DNA from: Candidatus Bathyarchaeota archaeon
Lineage (GTDB): Archaea; Thermoproteota; Bathyarchaeia; 40CM-2-53-6
Length of the DNA: 64,000 nt
Assembly: GCA_963833125.1 (NCBI GenBank)
Contig: CAWHWX010000005.1
Location: forward strand, 71,506-135,505
Direction: 5' to 3'
Positions 29,497-40,184 of this stretch are shown here, piece after piece. Each line of letters opens with the position of its first letter. Positions within the stretch are counted from its first letter, which is position 1. The notes beneath the pieces were generated by a model, which was not told the origin of the DNA, searched no databases, and saw only the letters and a program-made list of their open reading frames with translations. Both the position numbers and the translations under genes were made by a program.

Positions 29497-30730
29497 ATGA
29501 CCAAGGCTTCACAAAATCCATCGGACAAGCCTGGGACCGGAGGAGAGCTTGACTCTGAACCTCAGCCAGAGTTGGCTGGCTTCAAGAACGTTGTGAGGCT
29601 TGGCTATGTGAGCCTCTTCACCGACCTTTCAACCGAGATGATCCTAAGCCTTCTTCCCGTATTCATCCACGACCAGCTTGGGGCATCTTACGCCATAGTT
29701 GGGCTGATAGAAGGAAGCGCAGATGCGGCGAACGACTTTTTCAGAATCTTGACCGGAGTCCTCACGGATAGGATCGCAAGGCGCAAACCTTTGGTGCTAT
29801 TAGGATACGCCCTCTCTTCCTTCGCGAAACCACTCTTCGCTTTTACGACAACCTGGGGCCAAGCCTTCATTGTCAGAGTGACCGATAGAGCGGGAAAAGG
29901 AGCACGGACATCCCCTCGTGATGCTTTAATTAGCGATTCAATCGCGAAGTCACAGGCAGGAAAGGCATTCGGTGTCCAGAGCTCATTAGATCAGGTAGGA
30001 GCTGTGCTTGGGCCGTTATTGGCTTTCTTTGTGTTTCCTCTGATTGGCTTTAAAGGAATATTCTGGTTATCTTTCGCTCCCGCAATAATTTCTCTGATAA
30101 TCCTCCTGTTTTTCGTAACGGAAACCGTTGGGCTGAAGAAGCAGAAACACTTCTTCGAAAACGCATCCGCAGTATTGAACCGACGTTTCATCTATTTACT
30201 AGCGGCAATGGGCATATTCTCAATAGGTGCCTACAACTTCTCCTTCATACTCCTGAGGGCATCATCGCTCGGCATCCCGGACAGTCAGATACCACTAGTC
30301 TACGTGACCATCAATGCCCTGTCAGTCGTGGCTGCATTCCCATCAGGCGTGCTGGCAGATAAGATTGGTAAGATTCCAGTCCTTCTTCTGAGCTACATTC
30401 CCTTCCTTGTTACGTCTGTTACTGGCATCATGCTTGTTGGAAACTGGTCATACGGCTTCATAATCGGCGAGCGTATTCGGAATCTATCTCGGAATATCGG
30501 ATACAGTTCAACGTGCGGTAATCCCTGATTTCACGAAGACTGAACTAAAAGGAACAGCGTACGCGATCTACTACCTCATGGCGGGTGTAACTTCATTGTT
30601 GGCCAATTCAATATTCGGATATCTCTGGACTACCGCCACTTCTTCCCTTGCCTTTCGGTATGCTCTCGCAACCTCGATCGCAGGAGCAATCGCTCTCGTA
30701 CTCTTCCTCATGGTGGATCGGAAGAGTTGA
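29497..30730 (+). CDS. MFS transporter; frameshift near 30470
   Basis: VSLFTDLSTEM, DRAGKGARTSPRDALI; corrected frame ends at TGA 30728-30730. Confidence 0.88.
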
Positions 30731-30745
30731 GGATGGGGGGAGAGA

Positions 30746-32166
30746 TCAGTTCGATCCTTTTCCCTCGGAGCCGCGTAGGCTTGAGGCGAACATGCCCGCG
30801 AAAGTAATGATTGCTGCTACGATGAATGCCCTGCCCATACCTGTAACAAAGCCTACGGACTCGATGGCGGTTAATGAAATGTAACCGCCAATAATTATCC
30901 TGGAAACAACTTGGTAGGGGATGGCGGTTGTGATGATGTATGCTACTAGGCCGATGCTTACTACGTTGCCCGTGTTAAAGACCGTCGCTCTAATCGCGGA
31001 TGCGACACCCGTCGTTGGGGAGGGACAGAGCCCATGACTGCACTGATGTTTGGCGAGGAGAACAACCCTATCCCAAGCCCGATTACGACGAGAAGAAGCT
31101 CAACGATCCAGAGTGGCGTAGTCGCGGTCAGCAAGAAAGCTGAAGCCAGATAGGCCACTGCCCCGATCCCCATTCCAAGCGTCGCAAACAAACGCGTCCC
31201 ATAGCGATCTGATAGTCGTCCACTTATCGGTCCAATCGAGACGAACGCTACATCGAGGGGTAGGAAGAGAATACCGGCCGTAAGGGCGCTATAACCGCGA
31301 ATCAGCTGGAAGTAAATGATCATGATCAGACTTAGAGCCCCAAACCCTAACGAATACAAAAGTTGGCTGACGTTACCCAAAGAGAACTGGCGTATCTTGA
31401 AAAGGCGCAAATCAAGAAGCGGTTCTGCAGTACGTCGCTCGACAAGGAAGAATAATACGAACAGAACCAAACTCGACAGGTAAAGTACCCCCGCTGTCGG
31501 TCTGTCGATCGCATCCATAGTATCGAGGCTGATCGCTATGAGAAGCAGGGTGAGGGAAGTCGTGAACAAACTGAGTCCTCGATAATCAAACCCAGAGTGC
31601 GGTTCTCTCTTGGAGGTTTCATGAAGACGGTGACGCGCCCAGAGAGTAGCGAAGATACCTATGGGCACGTTCAAGACGAAGATCACCCTCCACCCCAGCG
31701 TGTCAATAAGCACTCCTCCAACCGTTAACCCAAGAACTGCTCCGACTGTAAACGCGATCTGGTTCACTCCGAGAGCGAAACCAAGCTCCTGGGAAGGAGT
31801 CGAATCCGTGATAAGCGCTGCACTGTTGAGAATGAGAACCGCAGCGCCGAAGCCCTGAATTATCCTGAAAATTATCAGCTGCTCACCAGTTTGGGAGATA
31901 ACAGAGAGCCCTGAACCGAGCGTGAAAATCGCGAAGCCCACGACGTAGATCTTTACCCTCCCGAAAATATCCGTAAACCTGCCAAGAAACAAGAGACCAA
32001 TTGCTATTGCAATTTGGTAGCCCTGAGTTATCCAGAGGAGGGTCTCGAGGTCAGATCCAAGAGACTGGGCGATCGTGGGTAGTCCTATCAACACAATTCG
32101 TGTGTCAAGGCCGGCCATGAAAATGCCGACCGTAGTCACTGAAAGGACAACCCACTGGTACTTCAA
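30746..32166 (-). CDS. MFS drug/H+ antiporter (DHA2-like); frameshift near 31010
   Basis: FMAGLDTRIV, GR..D..GR, FRIIQG.G, WR.IF.LNVPIG, SSPN. Confidence 0.88.
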
Positions 32167-32382
32167 CCCGAGACCATGCCTCAGAAAACGTTCGACGAAT
32201 CTACCGAGCTGAGTTTAGAGGGTTTCGAGTTATCTCCTAGTGTGGTTCGAGAGAAGTACCCGGTTGCAGAATCCTGATTCGAACTTTCTGTTAGGAGATT
32301 TTCAAGGGCTGATCTGACAGACCTATTCAGTCGCGGACAGCCTACTGAGGGCGCCACAGACATGCCCGATGGCAGGCGACAG

Positions 32383-33759
32383 CTATGGTGCTGGCACGAT
32401 ATTCTGGTTGATTCGGAAGACATTGCCTGGGTCGTACTTCTTCTTTACTTCGCGGAGCCGATCGAAGTTCATTCCAAAGTTGGCTCCGACTCGATCGGTG
32501 TCATCGCCAGCGGCGAAGTTGATGTATCCTCCTCGTTCGGAGTGAGGCGCCAAGGCGGCGTAGTAGTCTTTGACCCAGCGGATGTTTGCTTCGTTCGTTT
32601 TCGGGTCGGGCCACATGCCTGCAATGACAGTGGCATACTTTGCGTCGCGGTGGCCAAACGCGGTGGCTTCAGGTGCCACGTCATGTACGGCACCATTTAT
32701 GGAGTAAATGTGCATGGTCGAGCTCACGACTGGGACCTTGGGGCCGAATTTCAAGTGTGCTTCGATCGCTCCCTCCGTAAGATTTCGCACGTAGACGGCT
32801 TTCCAGTAGTGTTGGAGACCGGGGGGATAAAATGGGTCAAAGAGGCTGTTAAGAGCGGGGTAAGGCATGGGTGCAACGTACTCTGCGACAACATGGGCTG
32901 CGTCTCGGAGTGGTGCAAATGCTTTGGCTGCTTGATCGGGCGGACCGGTCCAGCACACCACTATCGCGCAGAAGGTGTCACCGTGTCGGTTCTCAGGAAT
33001 GAAGGGGAGTGGAGGTGCGATTTGCCACGCGAAGAACGCTCCGAGTTCCCGAGGCGCATCGGTGATGTACTTGTCGTATGCCGTCATCACCTTCTTGGCA
33101 TCCTCGACCTCGAAGAACATTATTCCTCCCACTATGTCCTTAACCTCATGCAACCTGTACTGGAAACTCGTCACGACACCGAAGTTTCCTCCGCCACCTC
33201 GTAGCGCCCAAAGGAGGTCCGGATTATGCTGCTCGCTCGCAGTCATGAATGAGCCGTCGGCAAGGACAACGTCGGCAGAAACCAGATTGTCCAAGGACAA
33301 ACCGGCTCCTCGAGTGAGGTAGCCGATTCCCCCACCAAGCGTGAGTCCCGCGATACCGGTGGTTGAGATAATTCCACCCGTAGTAGCCAAGCCGAACCCA
33401 TGTGTTGCATGGTTGAAATCTCCCCAAGTACATCCACCCTCGGCCCACACGGTCTTCGAGGCAGGGTCCACGCGAACACCCTTCATCCGACCAAGGTCCA
33501 CAACCAGGGCATCGTCCGCTGTGCCGAAACCTGGCACACTATGCCCTCCACCACGGATCGCGACAGCGAGGCCCTGTGTCTTGGCCATCTTTACGGCGGC
33601 GATGACATCCGCGACATCGACACAACGGATGATAATCGCTGGCCGCTTGTCGATCATTGCATTGTAAACCTTGCGTGCTCCGTCATACCTTTCGTCCCCC
33701 GGCGGGATCACGTCGCCTCTAATTTGACTCCTCAGATCCGCGATTGCCTTTGCGTCCAT
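32383..33759 (-). CDS. FAD-binding oxidoreductase (BBE/VAO family)
   Basis: RGGGHS covalent-FAD motif, GGGIG, LRGGGGNFGVVT, Y.N, KKKYDPGNVFR. Confidence 0.93.
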   Translation of the reverse strand: MDAKAIADLRSQIRGDVIPPGDERYDGARKVYNAMIDKRPAIIIRCVDVADVIAAVKMAKTQGLAVAIRGGGHSVPGFGTADDALVVDLGRMKGVRVDPASKTVWAEGGCTWGDFNHATHGFGLATTGGIISTTGIAGLTLGGGIGYLTRGAGLSLDNLVSADVVLADGSFMTASEQHNPDLLWALRGGGGNFGVVTSFQYRLHEVKDIVGGIMFFEVEDAKKVMTAYDKYITDAPRELGAFFAWQIAPPLPFIPENRHGDTFCAIVVCWTGPPDQAAKAFAPLRDAAHVVAEYVAPMPYPALNSLFDPFYPPGLQHYWKAVYVRNLTEGAIEAHLKFGPKVPVVSSTMHIYSINGAVHDVAPEATAFGHRDAKYATVIAGMWPDPKTNEANIRWVKDYYAALAPHSERGGYINFAAGDDTDRVGANFGMNFDRLREVKKKYDPGNVFRINQNIVPAP

Positions 33760-33791
33760 TTGCTGATTCCTACCTTTCTCCTGTTGACCCT

Positions 33792-34526
33792 CTACCTCTG
33801 AAACGCAACCTCAAAGTTATCTCTTGTCATTAGCGTATGCCACTTTGAGTCGAAGCCCACGGGTCGCATACTTTTAATCCGAATAAGGTTTCTAGCCTCA
33901 TCCCCCGTCTCGTCTAGCTTGAAATCGATCACACCATCGCTGGCCGCTTCTAGGTTCTTGTAGGCCCAATCGCTATGAACACCTCGCATAATTCCCCCGA
34001 TCCCAGTAGACTTCCAGAGAGATCCAATAGGAATTATTCTCGTTCGTACAAACTCGACCCAGCTTTTCTCTTCATTGAACCTCGCAAGACATGAGACATC
34101 ATCCAAGATCCTCAACCAGTCGGGTGAGGGTTGAGGAGGTATCGCGTCCACCGAAAAATCGCCGCCCGGGCTTGCCATCAGGTACTTTGAGAAGAGTACG
34201 CTCAGATCTGCAGCCTTCAAGGAGTAGAAAGCGTATTTTTCATTTGACTTACGGCCGAGCGTGGCGGTGTACCAATCAAACACTCTCAGCTTTTCCTCCG
34301 CTTCGAGCTTCTCAACATCCAACCCCATTTGTGTGAGCTGTGAACGGATGTTCTCAGGTGGCTGTGCGGAAACATGGTAGCTAACAACTCCGCCTGTTCT
34401 CAACCATTCCGCTGCCATACAGAGGGATGCTTGGTACCAGGTTGATGTTGGATCATACTCGACTAGGAGCGTTGACCCAGGGGGCAATGGTCCCTTGAGC
34501 AACTCTTGGATGAGAGCAACTTGCAT
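33792..34526 (-). CDS. RAD55/KaiC-like ATPase with degenerate Walker A
   Basis: LPPGSTLLVEYDP.S.W, FDWY, DGVIDFK, RNLIRIKSMR. Confidence 0.8.
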   Translation of the reverse strand: MQVALIQELLKGPLPPGSTLLVEYDPTSTWYQASLCMAAEWLRTGGVVSYHVSAQPPENIRSQLTQMGLDVEKLEAEEKLRVFDWYTATLGRKSNEKYAFYSLKAADLSVLFSKYLMASPGGDFSVDAIPPQPSPDWLRILDDVSCLARFNEEKSWVEFVRTRIIPIGSLWKSTGIGGIMRGVHSDWAYKNLEAASDGVIDFKLDETGDEARNLIRIKSMRPVGFDSKWHTLMTRDNFEVAFQR

Positions 34527-34639
34527 TTAGTTCAAAACCTCTGTCCTTTTCATCAATTTGGAGAAAATTTAGTGAAATTAAGAGTCCCAAAACATAAATC
34601 TGCCAGCATCCCACAGAGTGGAACTGAGGACACTAAAAA

Positions 34640-34891
34640 ATGCCACTCTACATGGACATACACTACAAAATTAGTGGGCTTACGGCGGAAGCTATTATGG
34701 CCGCACATGCCAAGGATCTTGCGGTTCAAGGAAAGTACGGAGTAAAGTATCTGAAATACTGGTTCGATGAATCCTCGGGCAAAGCATTTTGCATGGTAGA
34801 TGCCCCAAGTAAGGAAGCCGCTATAGCCGTTCACCGAGAGGCGCACGGGCTCGTAGCGGATGAGATCGTTGAGGTCAAAGAAGGCGCCTAG
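34640..34891 (+). CDS. DUF4242 (SCO4226-like nickel-binding) protein
   Basis: MPLYMDIH, AAH.KDL.VQ.KYGV, FC..DAP, VHREAHG..ADEI.EV. Confidence 0.88.
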   Translation: MPLYMDIHYKISGLTAEAIMAAHAKDLAVQGKYGVKYLKYWFDESSGKAFCMVDAPSKEAAIAVHREAHGLVADEIVEVKEGA

Positions 34892-35139
34892 GCGCGGGCC
34901 ACATACTGAAAGTTAACGGGCCTCCATTGAAGAAAGACGCACGGGTTTGAATCGCTCGATTTGTAAATCTACCAGTCTTCGCATCTAACAACGTAATTAC
35001 AAGATCTTCTTCTTGTTAGGCAACTCTTCCCCTTACCGTAATCAGGTTCGTCAGCGGGCTGCCGCCCTCTTTATGGTTCTGCATCGGCACGTCCAAGATT
35101 TGAAGAGCAAATTCTTAACCTATGGTGAGTAAGACTTGG

Positions 35140-36024
35140 ATGAAGTCCTTGGGTCCTTCAACATTCTCGATTGTCGCTCTTGACCGTAAGAACGGAGACT
35201 ATGGGTGTCGCGGTTCAATCTAAGTTCATAGCCGTAGGCTCGGTCGTGCCTTCTGCGAAGGCCAGAGTAGGAGCCGTTGCAACACAAGCCTCTGCCAATG
35301 TTAGTTACGGCCCGAGGGCGATCAAGATGCTCGAGGAGGGACTGACTTCCTCTGAAGCGCTTCGGCGGCTGTTGGCGGAAGACGAACAGAATCAAAGCCG
35401 TCAGGTTGCTGTAGTCGATGCAAAGGGTCGGGTGGCAGTTCATACTGGGACCGGGTGTATGGAGTGGGCGGGGCATGTGACGGGTGATGGGTACAGTTGT
35501 CAAGGAAACATTCTCGTCGGAAGGAATGTAGTGGAATCGATGGCACGAGCATATGAAGACATCTCGGGCGACCTCATCGATCGGCTCCTTGCTGCTCTTT
35601 CAGCAGGCCAAGAAGCTGGAGGCGATCGCAGAGGACAACAGTCAGCAGCACTTCTGGTGGTTAGAGAGAAAGGGTGGATACGAAGGGTTCACCGACAGAT
35701 ACGTGGACCTAAGAGTAGACGACTCACCACACCCGATCGACGAGCTCAAACGAGTCTTCAAGATTTACGACATGACAATGCTTTCACGCGAGGATCCAAG
35801 CAACCTTGTCCCGATAGCAGGCAACATCGCCGTAGATGTTGCAGAGAAACTTGGAGAGGCTGGGGTTTTACAAAGGCTCAATCAACGGCGGGTATGACGA
35901 ACCGACAAGGAAGGCTTTGCGAGATTTCGTGAACGTCAACAACTTCGAAAACCGAATGCATCAGGACGGCTTCATCTGGAAGAGCATACTCCAATACATG
36001 GACGATATGGCCCAGAAGGCCTAA
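35140..36024 (+). CDS. DUF1028 Ntn-hydrolase-like protein with C-terminal PG-binding-like domain; several frameshifts
   Basis: STFSIVA, GVAVQSKF.AVG, ATQA, QGNIL, GGDRRGQQSAAL, DLRVDD, NFENR. Confidence 0.85.
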
Positions 36025-36025
36025 T

Positions 36026-37138
36026 CTAGCGATTCTGAATTGGGATAACTTTTCGGTCCCGTGGCCCTGTGTACTCTGTTTGAGGTCGAATCAGCCTATT
36101 GTTAGCTACTTGTTCAAGCACGTTCGCTGACCATCCAACGCTTCGGCTTGCGGCAAACGTAGCGGTGAACAGGTCGGGTGGCAGTCCGACTGAGTCCATT
36201 ACGACTGCTGAATAGAATTCGACATTAGTGTACAGTTTTCGTTCAGGTTGCTTTTCTTGCAGAAGCCGAATTCCAGTTTCCTCGACCTTGCGCGCAAGCT
36301 CAACGAAGCCTTTGTCAGCGGTCTTGCCAGCGATCTCTCTGAGGATTTCAGCCCTTGGATCCGTAGTCTTGTACACTCTGTGCCCAAACCCCATGAGCCT
36401 TCTTCCAGCTTTCAACTCGTTCCTCATCCACGCCTCAGCGCGTTCAGGTTTTCCAATGTCCTTCAACATTTGGAGAACAGGTGCAGGGGCGCCGCCGTGC
36501 AACGGGCCTTTCAAGGCTCCGATCGCGGCCGTTATGGCGGAGTGCATGTCCGACCAGGTTGACGCGACGACTCTGGCTGCGAACGTCGATGAATTCATTC
36601 CATGATCGGCGAGAGCGATGAAGTACTTGTTCATGGCATCAGCCTTGACCGGGTCCGGTTCTCGGCCGGTCAACATGTACAGGTAATTAGCGGCATGGCT
36701 AAGACCGTTGCGTGGGTCTACGGGTTCTTGGCCTTTGCGAATCCGGTCGAACGCAGCGTTGATCGTGGGAATCTTGGCAGTAATGGCGACAGCATCAGCC
36801 ATATCGGGTGTCTTGAGGGGGATACCTGTTCCAAGAATGGAAATTGCCGTTCGAAGAACATCAAGTGTATTTGATGAAGTGGGAAGATTGCGTATGGCCG
36901 CCTTTAGGTTAGAGGGAATGGGTCGTTGATCATCCAGGCGGGTCCTCAGCTCTTTCAGCTGGCTTTGATTGGGTAAGTCGCCGTTCCAAAGAAGGTAGGC
37001 TACCTCCTCGAAGGTCAGGGTCGAGGCTAAATCGTGAATGTCATAACCTCGATAGATGAGTCGTCCAGCATTACCGTCTATCAGGCAAATGCTACTGTCG
37101 TCAACGACGACGCCTTCCAGCCCTTTAGCAACAATCAT
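36026..37138 (-). CDS. citrate synthase / 2-methylcitrate synthase
   Basis: GLEGV, DHGMNSSTF, GPLHGGA, GFGHRVYK..DPRA, NVEFY. Confidence 0.95.
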   Translation of the reverse strand: MIVAKGLEGVVVDDSSICLIDGNAGRLIYRGYDIHDLASTLTFEEVAYLLWNGDLPNQSQLKELRTRLDDQRPIPSNLKAAIRNLPTSSNTLDVLRTAISILGTGIPLKTPDMADAVAITAKIPTINAAFDRIRKGQEPVDPRNGLSHAANYLYMLTGREPDPVKADAMNKYFIALADHGMNSSTFAARVVASTWSDMHSAITAAIGALKGPLHGGAPAPVLQMLKDIGKPERAEAWMRNELKAGRRLMGFGHRVYKTTDPRAEILREIAGKTADKGFVELARKVEETGIRLLQEKQPERKLYTNVEFYSAVVMDSVGLPPDLFTATFAASRSVGWSANVLEQVANNRLIRPQTEYTGPRDRKVIPIQNR

Positions 37139-37194
37139 TTAGCGATCACCGACTTCCTCATTGCACTTGCTTATTACCGCGCCTCTATCCTGTT

Positions 37195-38409
37195 CTATAT
37201 CCTACTCTTGTTGCTGCCCCCAACCTTGAAGATGATGGCAAGCACTATCGAGACAGCAGCATAAAGTGGGCTCAGTAACCAAGGTAGGTTTGCGTTTCCT
37301 GTTAGTTGCCAAATTGTTCCTCCGAGCAAGGGAGAAATGTTAGCTCCCATGCTAAGGAAGAGGTTCAGGACACCAACGTACATTCCACGCTCGGATTCCG
37401 GCGAGATCTCCGTTACCATCGTGGAGGCTATTGGGAAGAACATGTTCTCCCCTAACGTCATGATCACGACTGCGAGAAGAAGCCAATAGAACGTTGGGGC
37501 CAACGCAAGGCTCGTTATGCCCACCGCCATTACGACGACTCCCAAGATGTAACCTGTCTGATCTGGAACTCTTTCTAGCCACCTTGACGTTGGAAATTGA
37601 AACAATACAACTGTGACCCCAGAAATAGAGAATAACGCCCCTACCTCCAGGCTATTCAATCCCTTGACTTGGACTGCGAAAATTGGCAGGAGGGAATAGA
37701 ACTGAGTATAGAATAGCATTGCAAAGAGCGAAGCCACACAGAGCACAAGCAGTTCCCGGTCCCTTAGTACGCCCAACTTTGGAAGCTTCGGTTTCTCCAA
37801 ACCAATTTTGCGAGACTCAGGCACCAGTCCGACGAAGAGTGCTAGGCCGGCGATGCCAAGCAACGATGAGATCAAGAACAGACCTTGGAAATTGTTTCTA
37901 GTAGCGAGTATCGCGCCGCCAAGTATCGGCGCAACTATCCACGAACAGTTCGCGACAATTCGGCTGATTCCGTAGGCGGTGGTTCTCTTGCCCTCCTCAA
38001 CCTGGTCGGCTATGATTGTGGTCTGTGAAGTTCGTGAGGCAGCATCCATAACCCCGGACAGTGAGATGACGGGCAATGCCTGGTTGAACGTCTTAGTAAG
38101 GGAGAGCGCGGCCGGGATTATGGCTGAGCTAGAGTCTCCGAATACGTACACCTTCCTTCTTCCAACCCTATCAATAAGCCAGCCCACGAGAACGACCGTG
38201 ATCGTTCCGACAAGTCCGCTGACGAAGTAAAGGAATGAAACCTTACCAACCGAGATTCCTAACTGCCGGTAAAGGAAGACGGGAAGGAATGGACTTAGCA
38301 TCGTAGACGCTAATCCCGTTACAGCGATGTTTGACATCAGGAACCAGAAATAGCGGCCTCTAGGCATGCTGGAGAGGTGCTTTCGAAGCATGGAACGCAA
38401 CCGTCCCAC
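37195..38409 (-). CDS. MFS transporter
   Basis: DRVGRR motif A; 12 TM helices. Confidence 0.88.
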   Translation of the reverse strand: MGRLRSMLRKHLSSMPRGRYFWFLMSNIAVTGLASTMLSPFLPVFLYRQLGISVGKVSFLYFVSGLVGTITVVLVGWLIDRVGRRKVYVFGDSSSAIIPAALSLTKTFNQALPVISLSGVMDAASRTSQTTIIADQVEEGKRTTAYGISRIVANCSWIVAPILGGAILATRNNFQGLFLISSLLGIAGLALFVGLVPESRKIGLEKPKLPKLGVLRDRELLVLCVASLFAMLFYTQFYSLLPIFAVQVKGLNSLEVGALFSISGVTVVLFQFPTSRWLERVPDQTGYILGVVVMAVGITSLALAPTFYWLLLAVVIMTLGENMFFPIASTMVTEISPESERGMYVGVLNLFLSMGANISPLLGGTIWQLTGNANLPWLLSPLYAAVSIVLAIIFKVGGSNKSRI

Positions 38410-38468
38410 GAAAGTCGCTTACAATGATTCTTAAACAGGGTGGGGACTCTATGGTACCGGGTTGAAGC

Positions 38469-39497
38469 ATGACCCATCCAATTCCCGGACGTGAGTCCGG
38501 AGTAGTGACCTTCAAAGAAAATGATCAAGTTCGGATCAACGACGACGCAGTCCTTGCACCCGACGCGATCAGGGGCGAAATTGGAACCGTAACTAAGATT
38601 GACCGATTCCTAAGTCAACCGGCTCAAGTCTCGGAGCGACTCGTAGCCGTTGACCGGTACCAGCAGCTCGTCAAACAACCGAGAGAAACAGACATTCTGG
38701 GTTTTGCACTTCAAGTATACTTTCCCAAGATAGGAGACTCAGTTCTTGTGGCCTCAAATGAGGTAACCCTCCTGTCAAAGTTTCAGGAGCGAGCAAGGAA
38801 CCTAGAAGAGAGGTTAATCGCTCATCTAACAGATCCACAACAATTCTCAGTTCTCGCCGACGGCGGGCTTGATGTACCTTTCATTAACCAAAATTTCGAC
38901 GCTCCGTTTTTCGGAGAACTTGTAAGGTACGTTCTCAGGCCCAAGCTTGGCAGGACCGCAACAAAAGTACTCTCCCCCGAATCTTCCGGACCTCCACTAG
39001 CGGCTGTATATGCGAGCACCGCTGGACTCAGTTTTGTCCGAGCGGTGAAAGTCTACAACAGGTTGCAACCTCAAGTTCCCGCAACTTGGCGCGGAACAGT
39101 TATCGGAGATCTACAGGTACTGTCCGCGACAAAGAAAACAGAACACTACTTTGCTGTTCCGCAAGGGTCGATCGTTGAAGGTGACAGAGTAATCATATTC
39201 GATGATGTTGGATTCACCGGAAGAACTCGCAATGCCTGCATTCAACTAGTCGAGAAGATGGGTGCAAAAGTCTCAGCGATCGTTAACGTAATAGAAAAAT
39301 CGTATGGGCAACCAAAGAACGTGGCAATGGATTGCAAGGCCGTGCTCGGAATAATGGGATATGAACAGGAAACCGCTGAAACATGTACTCTCAGCATAAA
39401 TGAGCTATTGATGGAACCCTTAGCATCTCCAAGAGTCGTTCACGGCGTAAGGTATGAACCTAATCGATTTCTATCTACGATTCGAGGCCAGGAATAG
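38469..39497 (+). CDS. type I phosphoribosyltransferase (APRT/Xpt-like) with N-terminal SH3/KOW-like extension
   Basis: PESSG.P.A, RAVK, VIIFDDVGFTGRT PRPP-binding motif. Confidence 0.78.
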   Translation: MTHPIPGRESGVVTFKENDQVRINDDAVLAPDAIRGEIGTVTKIDRFLSQPAQVSERLVAVDRYQQLVKQPRETDILGFALQVYFPKIGDSVLVASNEVTLLSKFQERARNLEERLIAHLTDPQQFSVLADGGLDVPFINQNFDAPFFGELVRYVLRPKLGRTATKVLSPESSGPPLAAVYASTAGLSFVRAVKVYNRLQPQVPATWRGTVIGDLQVLSATKKTEHYFAVPQGSIVEGDRVIIFDDVGFTGRTRNACIQLVEKMGAKVSAIVNVIEKSYGQPKNVAMDCKAVLGIMGYEQETAETCTLSINELLMEPLASPRVVHGVRYEPNRFLSTIRGQE

Positions 39498-39515
39498 GGA
39501 ACAAGGAAGAGACGA

Positions 39516-40184
39516 TTGCAGATCGAATACTGCGAGTTCCCAGAGGACGCGCTGTACGATCTCGAGAACAACGTTTGGGTGAGGATGGAAGCACCGAATC
39601 GAGCGAAGTTAGGTATCACTAGTGTTTACGCGGCACTCGCTGGCAGACTCAACAAGGTGAACTTCAAACCCTCCGGCACGGACCTCAGAAAAGGCCAAAG
39701 CGTCGCCACTATCGAGAGCCCAAGATATTTCGGCGTAGTTCGAACACCAGTTACAGGCAGGTTGACCACTATCAATACCCAACTACAGCATGATCCCAAG
39801 CTTGCGAACGACTCGCCTTACACCCTCGGATGGTTTGCAGAGATTCAGCCAGCTGCTCCAGATACTGAACTAGGATCACTTGTGGAACCAAAGAACGCTG
39901 CAGAGAAGATAAGGGAGCAGATCCGCGAACTAAGAGTTAGATGCTTCAAAGCCTATCCGGATTATGACATGTGGGAGATCGGTGTAGAATGCGCCGCCGT
40001 TCTGGTCCGGTTAAACGAGCTAATGGAACGTCTCAAGGTGAATGAGGTCGTTCACGTAGTTTCCGACGACCTCACAGCAGATATTGAAATGGAGAGGTGG
40101 TCAGATGAAACCGGTCAGGCCGTACTTGAGTCGAGGAAGGAAGGAAAGTTGACGCACTTTATTGTAAAGAAGGTCAAAGCCTAG
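39516..40184 (+). CDS. GcvH-like / TusA fusion protein
   Basis: N-terminal WV...GIT....G, IESPRY, P..G, N..PY..GW (GcvH fold); C-terminal VECAAV, V.SDD..AD.EM.RW...G, F.VKK (TusA fold). Confidence 0.82.
   Translation: MQIEYCEFPEDALYDLENNVWVRMEAPNRAKLGITSVYAALAGRLNKVNFKPSGTDLRKGQSVATIESPRYFGVVRTPVTGRLTTINTQLQHDPKLANDSPYTLGWFAEIQPAAPDTELGSLVEPKNAAEKIREQIRELRVRCFKAYPDYDMWEIGVECAAVLVRLNELMERLKVNEVVHVVSDDLTADIEMERWSDETGQAVLESRKEGKLTHFIVKKVKA

Noticed and set aside
32362-33204. 280-aa + strand ORF, and similar long antisense ORFs elsewhere
   Set aside because: Antisense shadow of the well-supported FAD oxidoreductase, with no motifs of its own.
34983-35022. attC-like ATCTAAC...GTTAGGC
   Set aside because: Only ~39 nt, shorter than real attC sites, and isolated.
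35836-36024. Peptidoglycan-binding-like domain and uppP (3898-4674) as evidence of a bacterial origin or cell wall
   Set aside because: Both families occur in archaea, and BHB-intron tRNAs and other markers indicate an archaeon.
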